Assembly: GCF_001194135.2 (NCBI RefSeq)
Contig: NC_068999.1
Location: 14,429,880-14,469,673, forward strand
DNA length: 39,794 nt
Reading direction: 5' to 3'
Source: Octopus bimaculoides
Lineage: Eukaryota
Of this stretch, positions 1 through 12,221 are shown piece by piece; position 1 is the stretch's first letter; each line of letters starts with the position of its first letter. Under the pieces are notes generated by a model that was given only the letters and a program-made list of their open reading frames with translations, was not told the origin of the DNA and did no database searches. The position numbers and the translations under genes were made by a program.

Positions 1-31
<31 letters not shown>

Positions 32-341
32 AAAATACATGCAAATTCCTATATGTATAAATGCACGTATATCTGTACGAACCTAGTATTTTTATATATA
101 CATATATGCATATCTCTATCTGTATGTATGTATGTATATCTCTCCCTCTCTCTCTCTCGCTCTTTCGTTCTCTCTCTCCCTCGCTCTTTCGTTCTCTCTC
201 TCTCTATCTCTCTTTCTATATATATATATATGTGTACAAGTATGCATATCCGCACACATACACACAGACACACACACAAATACATATGCATACAGATTTA
301 TACACACAGACATACACACACACTCATATATATATATATGA
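1..341. repeat. Compound microsatellite block (AT)n/(CT)n/(CA)n
   Basis: Visible directly in the sequence; it generates the spurious YIYI/SLSL/HTHT ORFs at 49-430. Confidence 0.95.
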
Positions 342-849
342 GTGCTTGTTTGCTTTGTGCTAATAACATCTTATTGTTGCTTTGCATGCTTTCATCTTTT
401 CATGAAACCTTGTTGGTTGCAAATCTCTAGGTGAATGCTATACATGCATTTTAGACTACAGAGAAATATAATTTGCACTCATGCACATTCTCTTTTCAGA
501 CACTAACCGTCGATTCTCTTATAATTTAAATCTGTTGTATTTTATTTTATGTGACACAGTTGCTAAGCAATGACTAGCTATAAAGTCCTAGTAATTTCGT
601 ATTAAATAATCGTATTGAAATATGCTGACATTTAATTAGTATTTTTCCTTTTTATAATACTTTAAATTTGATCACTGCCTTCAATATTCAAGGTTTCCGA
701 AGAAAACATTGTTCATTCCCTTTATTCCATTAGGAATAATTTTGTAGAAATACGAACATTTTCCTTCAATTTTCTCATAGATTGCGTGAGAAAGAGATGA
801 GTGTATGGATATTACTTGCGAGTACGCTACTGCCTCTGTTTTAAAAGTT

Positions 850-880
850 ACTAGCAGTAGAGCCTGGCTTTGCCCGGGAT
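850..880 (+). mobile_element. Possible 5' terminus of a Helitron/Helentron-type non-autonomous element
   Basis: tactagcagtagagcctggctttgcccggg resembles the ACTAG...CCCGGC..TGCCCGGG starts of DINE-like elements. Short motif only. Confidence 0.3.
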
Positions 881-989
881 TAAGTTAGAATTATTAAGCT
901 AATCTTGTTCTTCATTTCAAACCAAACTAAGTAACATCGACGTCAAATTTGGGCGGAATCCGTTGAAATTTTGTAAACGTTTGGCTGAA

Positions 990-1765
990 AATGTACGTAG
1001 CGTGGGGTCCCCTTGGAAACAAGGTCACTTATACAACGACCTCAGGTCACGAGTAATAGATGTAATAGCCATTGATGAATCCAGACTAACCGAACCGCAA
1101 GCTTTCATACCCATTTTCGATGATTACGAGATGTATTAATCGCGGTGTCGGCGGGGAAATTGGTGGTGGGGTTACTGCTGTATTGTTTCGGAAATGTCTG
1201 GATCTCAAAATAAGGTACGCTGGTGGTCCACGACGTGAATGGTAGGTACGGTGGGGCCTTCAGACTTGTGGCTGTTTATGCACCGACAGGCCCAGGACAG
1301 CCGTAATACTGCAGGCGTCTGGAGGTCTTCCTGGGTACGTCCCTACCTTTAGTGTTAGTGAGTGATTTTAACACCATCTTAGATGCATAATTGGATTTTG
1401 TGGCGTTAGCCGATAGGAAAAGACATTGGAAAATTCTCACAAACCTCCTTCAATTGTCCGACAAGTACCGACTAGGTTTCCTGAATATGCCTAAATGGAA
1501 ATGGGAGCGCCGCATCGGAACATCCAGATCGTATCGAGAGTATTCTGCAGGTCTTTAGATTGGGACATTATTAGTCGTCAATAATTTCAAATATTCGGTG
1601 ACCCAAAACACAAATTGGTGACCTGTAAGGTAGATTTAAATAGCATAAGTAGACAGTGCCCCAGCTACTGGAGGCTAAACGTGCCATCCCCGGCGTGTCA
1701 AGAGAACGGATTAAAGAGTTTGTTCAGAAAGCTTTGATGGGGGAAATCGTCAACAATAACGCGGT
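990..1765 (+). mobile_element. Decayed L1/Tx1-clade LINE ORF2, APE endonuclease fragment
   Basis: Manual translation across frameshifts gives NVRS (990), IDVIAIDESRL, FRLVAVYAPTGPGQP (1259), LVLVSDFNTILDA (GDFN-like motif) and D.KHKLVTCKVDL...SYWRLNV (SDH and YWKLN motifs), in the correct order. Multiple stops. Confidence 0.85.
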
Positions 1766-1782
1766 TGTATAACTAAAAACGG

Positions 1783-1893
1783 GCCCATGGGCATATGGCG
1801 TAGTGGTTCAGAGCGCGGGCCTCTAACCACAAAATTCAGAGTTCTATTTCAAGCAGTGACCTGAACAACAACAACAACAGCAACAACAACAAC

Positions 1894-1984
<91 letters not shown>

Positions 1985-2087
1985 TTAACAACAACAACAT
2001 CGAAAAATACATTAGAAATGAGAACTCAGGTTCGAAATTTCCTAAAGACACGTGAAGAGGGCTGGAGGGTATATCAACCGAAACGTT
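1783..2087 (+). mobile_element. tRNA-headed SINE-like element with expanded (AAC/AAT)n spacer and degenerate hammerhead tail (copy 1)
   Basis: A-box-like TGGCGTAGTGG and a decayed B-box. The head and the ~90 nt tail align with 29685-29884. Confidence 0.85.
1865..1999. repeat. (AAC)n(AAT)n trinucleotide microsatellite inside the SINE-like element
   Basis: Visible directly; source of the poly-Leu ORF 1836-2111. Confidence 0.95.
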
Positions 2088-3489
2088 TTTCTTGAAATGA
2101 ATGCAAACCACTTGACAGAAATATCTCTTAGCTATTTACACCTACAACACAGCGGTTGGAACAGTTCATGCGATAACATTCTGTTGTTTGCTCTGGAAAC
2201 AGACATGAGCAGCTTTCCACTTGTCCTCTTAAAATAGGTCTGTAAATGTATCCTGTAATCTAGGTTGAACCGAAAAAAAAATAATGTAACTAGTGTGATG
2301 ACATATGACATATTCGGTAAGATAAACTTGGAAGGTTTCAGCTTCTAGAATGTCCACTTGTATATGCAATTAAGATTTGTTGATCACTGACACATCAAGG
2401 ATGTAATTAATAACAAGAATCATCGACCGATTTACACAATCACTTGCACGGAAGTGCTATCGACAGGATATCATTGCTTAGTATTAACTCAAAAGATAGA
2501 AGAATGCCATCAAGTGAATTATTCTCAGAAGGGCGTAAGGCAACGAAGGAGATCTTCCTAGATGAGAAATTAGGTCAAAACGTCATGTCATTCGTAAACA
2601 ATTCAAGTTGAACAAGTATGGTAGTAGCTGATCGCAGCTTTATGCACCAGATGCAGAACACGTCACATATAGATAGATGCCTATGATTGAGCATGAGATT
2701 ACACATAGAAAGTTCATTACTAATGCACAAATCCTTTGAAAGTAGTTTATGGAAGACGAGAGGTCGTCCAAGCTTACCAGACTCTCCTCCCCACTCACTG
2801 GTGTTATCCAAGGGAAAGTAAAGGTCGATGCTGTTTGGCACCAGCTTCGCAGAAATGATAATTTGCATATTTATATTTCACAGATCTTGTTATATGCATG
2901 AAAGTATAGTAAGTACGTATGTATGTGTAAATATGTATAGTGTTTGGATGTACGTGCGTGTATATACAAGCGTTGACGTTAGTTGATGTGTACGTTTCGA
3001 TGGAATCCGTTTTAAATTTGTATGTCCCAGAATATTTTCTGTTAAGGAAGAGTATAACCTATCTTATGCGCATTCAATTACGGATATGAAAAAAAAATAG
3101 ATGTCACTGAGTCAAGAGAATAATTTTTTTTTAATTGAAAATATGAAGATTCATGTGTCCATTTACTTTATTTTTTTCACATATATCAATTACTTTTATC
3201 TCCACTTTTCTGCACCATATAAAATTGTTGGTTAATACTTGTCAATACAACATATTTCTAGTAATTTTACGAAAGTTACCGATGACTTTCAAATACATTC
3301 ACCAGAAGAAAAAAGTCATAAAAATACACCTGTTACCAAAATGTAGAATATGTGTTACACATTTCGTCTTCAAATGCAGAGATAAGAAATATATAAAATC
3401 TAATGAGTCGAAAAGAAGTGAAAACTTAAAGGAAAATATGAAACGTTTTGCGAAGATAGTGAAAAATGTTTTACAATAAATGCGTACAT

Positions 3490-3508
3490 ACGTACGGATA
3501 TACATACG

Positions 3509-3590
<82 letters not shown>
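3490..3590. repeat. (TACA)n(CA)n(TA)n microsatellite
   Basis: Visible directly. Confidence 0.95.
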
Positions 3591-3593
<3 letters not shown>

Positions 3594-3599
3594 CAAGAT

Positions 3600-4327
3600 T
3601 TTCTTTAGAAAATCATAGAAACCATGGAAGTACTCGAGTCAAACTGGAGACGCTAGACAATTTCAAGAGATAGAGGGGAAGAAAAAAAAGCCCACATCAT
3701 TGGATACCTAACACTACTCCAAATTACATTAACAAAACTAAAAGTATATATAGGAAGCAAACAATTTGCAATTGTAGGGTCCCTGAATTATGTCTCCTTG
3801 CAGGTCTATGTCTATGCAAAAATGTAATATAGAAATGTAGTGACAAATAAAAATAACAGCAAAGTTGTGTATATATGGGAAGTAACATAGACTTCAAAAG
3901 ATGGTATAGAATACACGTAAATTCCTTTAATAAGTTTACACATAGAAACTCGTCGGCGCTAGCAAGCTATATGCACAATTTTAAATTACAAAACATTAAT
4001 TATACATTGTCTTAGTCGATCATAGGTGAGGCCTCATCATACAATACCATTACTGGCAAATGTCGACTGTGTATAAAAGAATCGAACATAATCGTTCACA
4101 GTTTTAATTCTAATGTTTTAAATAAGTTCCCTGCAGCTATAAATTCGTGTAAACCGAAGATATTATTCAAATTTCAACAGTGAATTGAAATTCTGCGAAA
4201 CAGTACAGCGTGTAGTTTTCCAAATTTCCGTCAGAGTGAATTGCGTTATAGTACTTTTCTTTCTCACAGAGCGGGCCCAACGTACCCTACTATATTTTGT
4301 AGCAGAAAAATCCAAAATATACAATGC
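3600..4327 (+). mobile_element. Penelope-like element remnant: Cys-rich linker plus GIY-YIG endonuclease
   Basis: A single frame 3767-4183 reads CNCRVPELCLLAGLCLCKNVI*KC...CVYMGSNIDFKRWYRIHVNSF...NSSALASYMHNFKLQNINYTLS*SIIGEASSYNTITGKCRLCIKE...SCKPK. This matches the PLE CNCR..C.L.G.C motif, the YIG-like motif and the C-terminal C..C..E motif. Internal stops; the 3' UTR is cut by a gap. Confidence 0.88.
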
Positions 4328-4472
4328 NNNNNNNNNNNNNNNNNNNNNNNNNNNNNNNNNNNNNNNNNNNNNNNNNNNNNNNNNNNNNNNNNNNNNNNNN
4401 NNNNNNNNNNNNNNNNNNNNNNNNNNNNNNNNNNNNNNNNNNNNNNNNNNNNNNNNNNNNNNNNNNNNNNNN

Positions 4473-4848
<376 letters not shown>

Positions 4849-5333
4849 TAACTTTAAATGCAATTCATACCTTTTCGAATGGTCATTACAGGATAAATGT
4901 ATATATAATTCTTCGATGACTTCTTCATATCTTTGACAAGGAATGCTGAAATGTTAAGCAAAACATTAAGACGTTGTTGCTAGCAATGTACGCAATGCTT
5001 CACATTGATAGAAATAATTGAAATCGCCCATGCATCCGTTTCTTGTTCGGTTTAACCTGCTAAGCACCATACACTGTTGTTAGAGGTTAATACTGTCTCA
5101 ACGAACAAAATATTCGTATTGTTTCTCATATGAAAATGTCACAATGCAAGAAGATCCTCGGATAAGCAGCATTTGTTTCTGGTTATGAAACGAAAATGCC
5201 TTTGTTGTAAACGCGTAAAGTGCGTTTCCTAGCGACAAAATAGGTTTTGAAGTATATGTCCCTCTATACACATATAACTCGTGCTTACAAACATATACCC
5301 ATTAAGTACACATACATAATGAGATAATGTATT

Positions 5334-5399
5334 CGCTTCCCAACCACTTGGTTCAGAGAGCGATCTAATCCCATGGCACCTTGGACAGTTGTCTTCTAC
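5334..5399 (+). mobile_element. tRNA-derived SINE fragment (same family as 17539-17696)
   Basis: gcttcccaaccacttggttc...ggcaccttggacagttgtcttctac aligns with the copy at 17539. Confidence 0.65.
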
Positions 5400-5479
5400 G
5401 TTACGCTTGAGGTAAAGTGCACAAAGTAAAACCACTTCGCAAAGCCTGACGTTACGTTCTACCTCACATGCACGTTAAG

Positions 5480-6250
5480 TTATAACGTTCTCACTCACTT
5501 CCACTTTTATAGTAGTTCTTGGAATTACGGTGTGTTGAGTGTGATCATGTCAACGAGAAAAATATGCAGAGTATCTGCAACATATTTTGCCAAAAGTTTG
5601 GTGACATCTACTTAACCTCTGCAAAGTGTATGGAATTTATAAACCGGACATAAATGTATAAGAGTGTCAAACGTTTTTAAGCTGGTCTAAAAAATATGGA
5701 CAGTGATCCACATTGTGGGGAAATCCGGGACCAGCGTAGCTGATAAAGACATCGGAGATAGAAGTGAAGCTGTTCCGAAAGACGTTCGAATAACTACGCG
5801 TGTGTAATCGAAGGATGTTAACTTTAGTTACTGTTCAGTACGGTCCATTACCACTCAAGATTTGAGTGTGAGGTGCATGTCTTCCAAGTGTTAGCGAAAT
5901 TTCTTTCAGTTGCAGCACTTTTGGTCAAGTCTAATATTCTTCGCGTCCCGAAAACCATCATATTCTCAAGATCTTGCGCCGTGAGACGTTTTCTTCTTTT
6001 CACAAATGAAATCCCACTTGAAAGATAAAACAAATTAAGGACGTCGAAGAAATGCAACTGACTGCGACGCGGCAATTTCTCGCTATCACCAACAAGGATT
6101 TCCAGGTAAGATTCCACCAATGGAAACAACACTGGATAATGTGTGTGGTTCCAGATGCGAACTACTCCCAAGGAGATTAAATGCCAAAATTATGGGTTGT
6201 AGTATTCTTTTTATAGCACCAGCCCCAATGCGTTTTGAACAGACCTCATA
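5480..6250 (+). mobile_element. Internally deleted mariner transposon remnant
   Basis: The C-terminus translates as PSYSQDLAP*DVFFFSQMKSHLK (YSPDLAP motif) then DVEEMQLTATRQFLAITNKDFQVRFHQWKQHWIMCVVPDANYSQGD* (stop at ~6180). A TIR-like end ttttgaacagacctcata lies at 6233-6250, and a decayed HTH-like region lies at ~5547-5730. Confidence 0.85.
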
Positions 6251-6600
6251 TTTAATACGCCAATAGATATTATTCGTATGAATATCATTACCAGTGGTAT
6301 ATATTTATGTAACCATATATAAAGTAAAAGAGATGAGAAATGTATGCACACACACAAAATGCATCTCCCTTTCTTTTTCTCTTTCCCCGTCTCTCACGCA
6401 CGCAATCATATAAATGGTTTAATAAGGTTACATTTTTGCGTAGAAATCCCAAATTTCAAATTACGGTTTAATGTGTTAGTATTTCCCCTAGTTCGCACTT
6501 AGAAGGTTTTCAGCATGTTTTCAATTTTGGGATGTGCTTTAGAATGCAAAACAGAATATGTAAAGGTCGATGTGTTTTAATTAATCTATACGTTTAAAAT

Positions 6601-6647
6601 ACTATAGTGCAATATATTTAGTTTACTATAGTGCAATATATTTAGTT
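6601..6647. repeat. 24-bp tandem duplication
   Basis: actatagtgcaatatatttagtt occurs at 6601 and at 6625. Confidence 0.9.
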
Positions 6648-7218
6648 CGCTAGTTCTATATTGTTCAACAAACCCTAAGATATCAATGCCCTTATTTGAG
6701 AGAAATTTCCTGGCTTCATAGATATTACTTCTCAAATTCTGGCTTAGATATATGTCAAAACGTCTTTGTGTATATCGAATTCTAGCTTATGTAATAGGCA
6801 GTTTTGTCGAAGTTGAAATATTACGCTAAAATTTCTCTCCTGTACTTTGTCACATGACTCACATACATCACATATGTCTTTAACGCTGTTGATACAGTCG
6901 GATTAGATTGTAGTGCCCGGATGCCGAAATCTTCACGATATCCGTGTGCTTTCATTGAATAACATATATTTCTTATTCTGGTTATTGTAAATAATTTTTT
7001 ACTCTCGTAAGATTCAACAAGGAACACGGTTCATGCCTCATGAACATGTTTTAATTATACTGATAGCAGATGATTGCGTTTATTCGTAATATTATGGTAG
7101 GTATACAGCATAATAGTCGTGAAACATTCGTTTCCTACACTTGAAGAATTTCAGATTTCGCCGGGAAAATGGCAGAGTTGATAGCCTAGTATTCGGGTTG
7201 AGTGCTTCCCTGCGAATA

Positions 7219-7263
<45 letters not shown>

Positions 7264-8399
7264 NNNNNNNNNNNNNNNNNNNNNNNNNNNNNNNNNNNNN
7301 NNNNNNNNNNNNNNNNNNNNNNNNNNNNNNNNNNNNNNNNNNNNNNNNNNNNNNNNNNNNNNNNNNNNNNNNNNNNNNNNNNATATATATATATTACGGT
7401 GTTCAGTGTATGATTTGCCATTCTGAATATATTGCTCAAAACACTATCAATCAAACTTTCTTTGTTTTACATCTTATATACTCTTTGTTATAGGTCTAAA
7501 TTTCCAATTGTTCTTCTCCTTCAATATGCGTATGACTAGTTATATGTATGTTGAAATAGAGTCATTTATTGACTGCATGCAGTACCTTGGACTTATAGTG
7601 TCTTTATATTTTGTGAAATACATTATATATTACATAAATTACTACGACATTAGACATATTACGATATTTGTATCGGATGTTTGTGTATAATAAAATAGAA
7701 TGTTATGCTTCATAGACCTATCTACCAGTGTAATCTAATAGATGTTAACACTAGAACAGTTCAGTAATGGAGTGGGATTTTGGCAGGATGCAGTGTACAA
7801 CAGTATTTGGATTGAATCTACTATCAATATATCCATGTAGATAATATCACAAAGCTACATCCTATACAAACATTCTCTTGTTTCCAAATCAGTTGCTATA
7901 TCATTCGTTTTATCGCGGTGTACATTTAATTCCATATCACACAACTCACAGGTAAATGTAATGCGTATAATTCACCGATGCGAGAAACACACTTATATGA
8001 TACAAACTAAAAGTTCATCTATTTTGTCAGCAAAATTGCGTGTACGTAGGAAAGATTGCATTATATTCTATCAAGAATAATGAATGAACTACATAAGTTG
8101 ACAATATTACACACTCTATTTCAATAAATTTCCTTTATATGGAGTTTTACGTCTCATAAATACAAAACTTATACAAAGAATGTATATATGTAATATACAC
8201 TATGGAAAAAGGAAATTGAGCCATACATTGAGAAAAACACATTTTTCTAGTATTCTATCTTGGCCTTTGGTTACGTTATATATAATCTGCTCTTTCAATT
8301 TATTCTTCGACAACATTTTTAACTTCTTGTTGATGTGATACTGGATTCACATCTCTTCGTATTTAGTCATATGAATATCATCAAAACTCTACCTTTCCC

Positions 8400-8785
8400 G
8401 TCGTATATGGTATAGGATTTAGCCAGATAAGAGACATATCCGTACTCCATATATATTTCACGGACAGCTCTATGTCGGATGATCTAGAGTTGGAAATCCA
8501 CAAAATTTATTCAACTATGCACCCGATGGCAAAACCAAAATCACTGTGCATCACGAAGCCCTGCAAGACTGAGATTTTGGTGCAAAGATGCCTCTGCCTT
8601 CGACTACATATCTCGCCAAATTCCGACAATCTCCCCTTCCTCCAGCTGACAGTTTTTGTACTTTTACCCGACGGAAAATACACTTTTTGTGGCAGTTATA
8701 ACGAAATTGCCTTTTATATATCAGTGTAATAAGGCGTTTAAATAGAACATCTTTACCCCCATGAATTACCGTGTGGACCAGCTAG
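8400..8785 (+). mobile_element. Helitron 3' remnant (Pif1-helicase C-terminus and CTAG end)
   Basis: FHGQLYVG*SRVGNPQNLFNYAPDGKTKITVHHEALQD* (8456-8572) matches the helicase motif FSHGQLYVA.SRV. The element ends in ...ccgtgtggaccagCTAG followed by T (8782-8786). Confidence 0.85.
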
Positions 8786-8856
<71 letters not shown>

Positions 8857-8940
8857 AGATGCATAGAATAGATAGGTAGATAGTTATGTAGGTAGGTAGG
8901 TAGGCATGTAGTTAGGTAGGTAGGTAGATAGTAGGTAGGC
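8786..8940. repeat. (TA)n(GATA)n(GA)n(TAGG)n microsatellite
   Basis: Visible directly. Confidence 0.9.
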
Positions 8941-11049
8941 ACCTGTTTTGAACATTTGGTGATAGGAATACGCTGCCATATCTCTAAGAATCCTTAAAAA
9001 GAATTATTCTTGTTCAAACACTGTATATACATTTCTTTGTTTGTATTGAAATGTGTAGGTACTGAGAGTAATAGAGATGTATGTGTCTATTATGCATAGA
9101 GGCTTTTCAGATTAAATCTGTCGACCAGTCTGATGTATTGTTGAAAATCAAAGACGTTGGAGAATATAAATTTAAATATGTAGTTGGGAGTGCTTTGATA
9201 CATCTATATGTTGGAAAAGCGTAACTTGTATCATACTGATCTGCGATGAGCATCAAGATGCGGGCATCATGACTGCTGTTCAGTTTTCTGTGAAAACTCT
9301 CCATGTATGTCATAAGACGTACCATAGATAGCTGCAACGATATTTTGAAGCATTGGCCTTCGGTACTGAACACAGCTGCTGCCCTGACGGCATCTGAAGG
9401 TCGGAATTGATACCAACATCTTTTAATAGGGTGTTAGTCTCAATTAAGACAATTAAGTGTAGCTGTTGGAGACTATGGTCAAATTCTGGGTGGACAGGGA
9501 AGATCATATGTGTAGCAGCAGGAATCAGATCCTTTCCATACCACTTGAGGTAAGCAGAAGGCGTCTGAGAATCTATAGGGTTTCTCCATGTCTAAATTTC
9601 TAACATCCTAATTCCTGAAATTGTAATGTCTTGGACTATAATGAATGCAAAACAATATCCGACCTGGTGGTCAAGACCAAGGAGGATTTTCAAAACCTTC
9701 CCAGGTTCATAGCGAGAAACGCCTGCTCTAAATTCTACACACATCTTGAGGCGATTGGGATGACGTTTATGTTTGAATAGAATATTTTGTTTTCTTTTCC
9801 TTTCATCAAGCAGTAAATGTTATACGGAACACCTTGTATATATGCACATTATTTTCGAACAAATGGAGTGCAGCTGTATTTTATGTACATTATGCATTTA
9901 AAACAATACATCTGGAATTGCAACCTCTTAATTTTTTTTAGAGTGATTTGTTTCATTTAGAATAAAAAAAAACAAAACAAAATCCCAAGTAAGTTTTATC
10001 AAAAGCTTCCAGGCAATTTCAGCTGTATTTAATATATAAAGAATGGGGTTTGCTTTTTATTCTGCATATGTTTATAGTTGGGCACATTTAATTATACTGA
10101 CTCTACAGATTGAATTTTCGATTTTGATGTTGCAATGGAAATTTGTCCGTTGGGTAAAAAAAGTATTACTAATTATTACATCTACTGACATTTCACAGTT
10201 TTCTCCACATAGTTATAATATTGATTTTTAAAAATATGTTTATATCCAAACATGTTGCTAGATATTACACACATATATTATTAACAAGTTACAAGAAAGA
10301 TAAGCGAGTGAATAGTGACGTGCAAGTTAAAATATCATAATTCGAAAGCAATGTCGTAGAAACCTAACTCCACATTACGAATGTAAATACATCGAATTGT
10401 AAAGATCAAACGATCGAATTTCCTTTATGTAAATAAAATTCAGCTAGTACTCATTAACAAAAGGAGAGTTAAATATTAGTGGGTAGAACAAAACCGAACA
10501 TCAAAGAAAATAGTGGAAATGAGAAGAGATATATATGTATTTGCCTCCACTGTTTTACGTGAGGAAACTGAGGCTGTGGCGTGATATGGATTTCTCGATT
10601 ATTTTACAATAAAACAGCCCATGCAAGATCAGGGGGAACTGATGCGGAAAAAAACCCCAGTGAATCTTTAGTCCTATTTTCTGTCTGCGCGAAAAGTAAT
10701 CAAAAGGAACTTTCACCGTTGAAGAAAGTATTGTCTTGTTCGAATATATGATTTCTGAGGTATTTAAACTTTTAAAATTATTTCGTCTCGATCATTTCCA
10801 AACATTTGGATTTTAGATATAACAACTTTACATGGCATTATGAATACCTCCTCTTTCAATACTTTAAATGCATTTACCTAAGATCCTATTTTATATGTTC
10901 CATTACTATTGCTATTTTTGTTAGACGACCGAAATCAAAATTCCGGTTCTAACAGACACGCGCGTTTGTAAACGCCCCATTTATCTCCACTCACAATGCT
11001 GTGGCCGAGAGACTTCGAGAAATCAGCCCATCAGTCCTCCTGAGAGGCC

Positions 11050-11400
11050 CACGATATGTTCATCGTATAGCAACTGTTATTGCACTACTATACGAACATG
11101 CGCTCAGGCCTGTCTTTTTAAGTTAGCTCCTGAAACATGGAAATCAGAAGTTACTTTCTCAGTAAAGCAATTACATCGCTTTTTGGAAGAAAGGACGCTC
11201 ACGATGCTTGTCAAGCATAAACCATTAGCCTACGCTTTATAATCCAACACGGATACATTCTAGCTTGATTATACTTCAGTTTGCCGAGGGTATACGTTAC
11301 GTCAAGGGACGTAAGTACTGTCACGTTTTCATAGAAGATGCTTTGCATTCTGTATACTCGCAGACTCACATGTTTCCGCACAAATGAAGTATTTACGTTT
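11050..11400 (+). mobile_element. Ty3/Gypsy pol remnant (RNase H region)
   Basis: HRFLEERTLTMLVKHKPLAYAL*SNTD from 11174 resembles FLEGR.FT..TDHKPL. It is followed by decayed LDY.S/IRYVKG-like sequence. Confidence 0.7.
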
Positions 11401-11639
11401 TCCATTAAAAACAAGTCCAAAATGTGAAAACGAACTGCGGCACATTACACATCGTACGAACTTGTTTTTTCAGAGACATTCTTTCAGCATTTATTCTCTA
11501 TTCAATGCATGATTGTGTTTAACTTTTGTTTTTAAATTTGTGTTGTTCTATGCCTTTCAACACAAATTCTGTCTTATTTCGTTCTTTTCACTTTTATTAA
11601 AGAACTGGAAAGATAGTACTTGTAGCGGTGATTCGAAAC

Positions 11640-12063
11640 TTAGCTGGTAGATTATCGATGCTAGCGTCAATATCAACAGTGGAATTTATATGGAAATTTA
11701 TTTGGGGGACAAACCAATATAGATTGCTTAAAATGCAGGCGTGAATCCGATGGACTTTGCTATCAGGTTTATCTCAGAAAGAAATATATCTGCGCACTCC
11801 TATTCAAATATGTTAGGTCCGAAGAAAGCCCTTCTGTCTATATGGGTCAAACTGCATGAAAGAGTGGTACAGTATTCGCAACTAAGTGGTCACAAGTTTT
11901 CAAGCTGTGATGAAGGCGAAAAGTTGTCATTTAGAAAAGGAATGACTACAATGGATTGACAATTTACATGAGAACATGTCTGCCAAATTTCATTCTCCTA
12001 ACTTAAGATTATTTTGAATAATCAAGCAATATCAAATGGTAAACCTTTCTGAGACACCCTGTA
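11640..12063 (+). mobile_element. Tc1/mariner (maT/DD37D-like) transposase 3' remnant with terminal inverted repeat
   Basis: ORF 11741-11959 NPMDFAI...ERNISAHSYSNMLGPKKALLSIWVKLHERVV resembles the region after the third Asp (DLNPMDY.IW). The remnant ends gagacaccctgTA. Confidence 0.75.
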
Positions 12064-12219
12064 TATACATACACATAGTCACACACACCCACAGGCACAC
12101 CCGCACACACAAACATACACACACACATACACACACACACACACATACACACACACACACACATACACACACACACACGCACGCACATGTACATAAATAC
12201 ATATAGAAATATACATATA
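12064..12219. repeat. (CA)n/(TA)n microsatellite
   Basis: Visible directly. Confidence 0.95.
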
Positions 12220-12221
12220 TA

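Noticed and set aside
49-430. ORFs rich in YIYI/SLSL/HTHT/VCVC (also at 4.2-4.9, 12.0, 13.4-14.5, 20.8-21.3, 24.2-24.9, 27.2, 30.5-30.9, 32.0-32.7, 34.0-36.2 and 39.5 kb)
   Set aside because: These are translations of dinucleotide microsatellites and/or N runs, not proteins.
1836-2111. 91-aa ORF with a poly-Leu tract
   Set aside because: It is the antisense reading of the (AAT)n/(AAC)n spacer of the SINE-like element.
5848-6171. 107-aa minus-strand ORF superficially like a hAT dimerisation domain
   Set aside because: The plus strand shows a clear mariner C-terminus and TIR; this ORF is the antisense shadow.
7739-7842. Short protein-like frame MLTLEQFSNGVGFWQDAVYNSIW
   Set aside because: Too short, weak splice signals, and compatible with chance.
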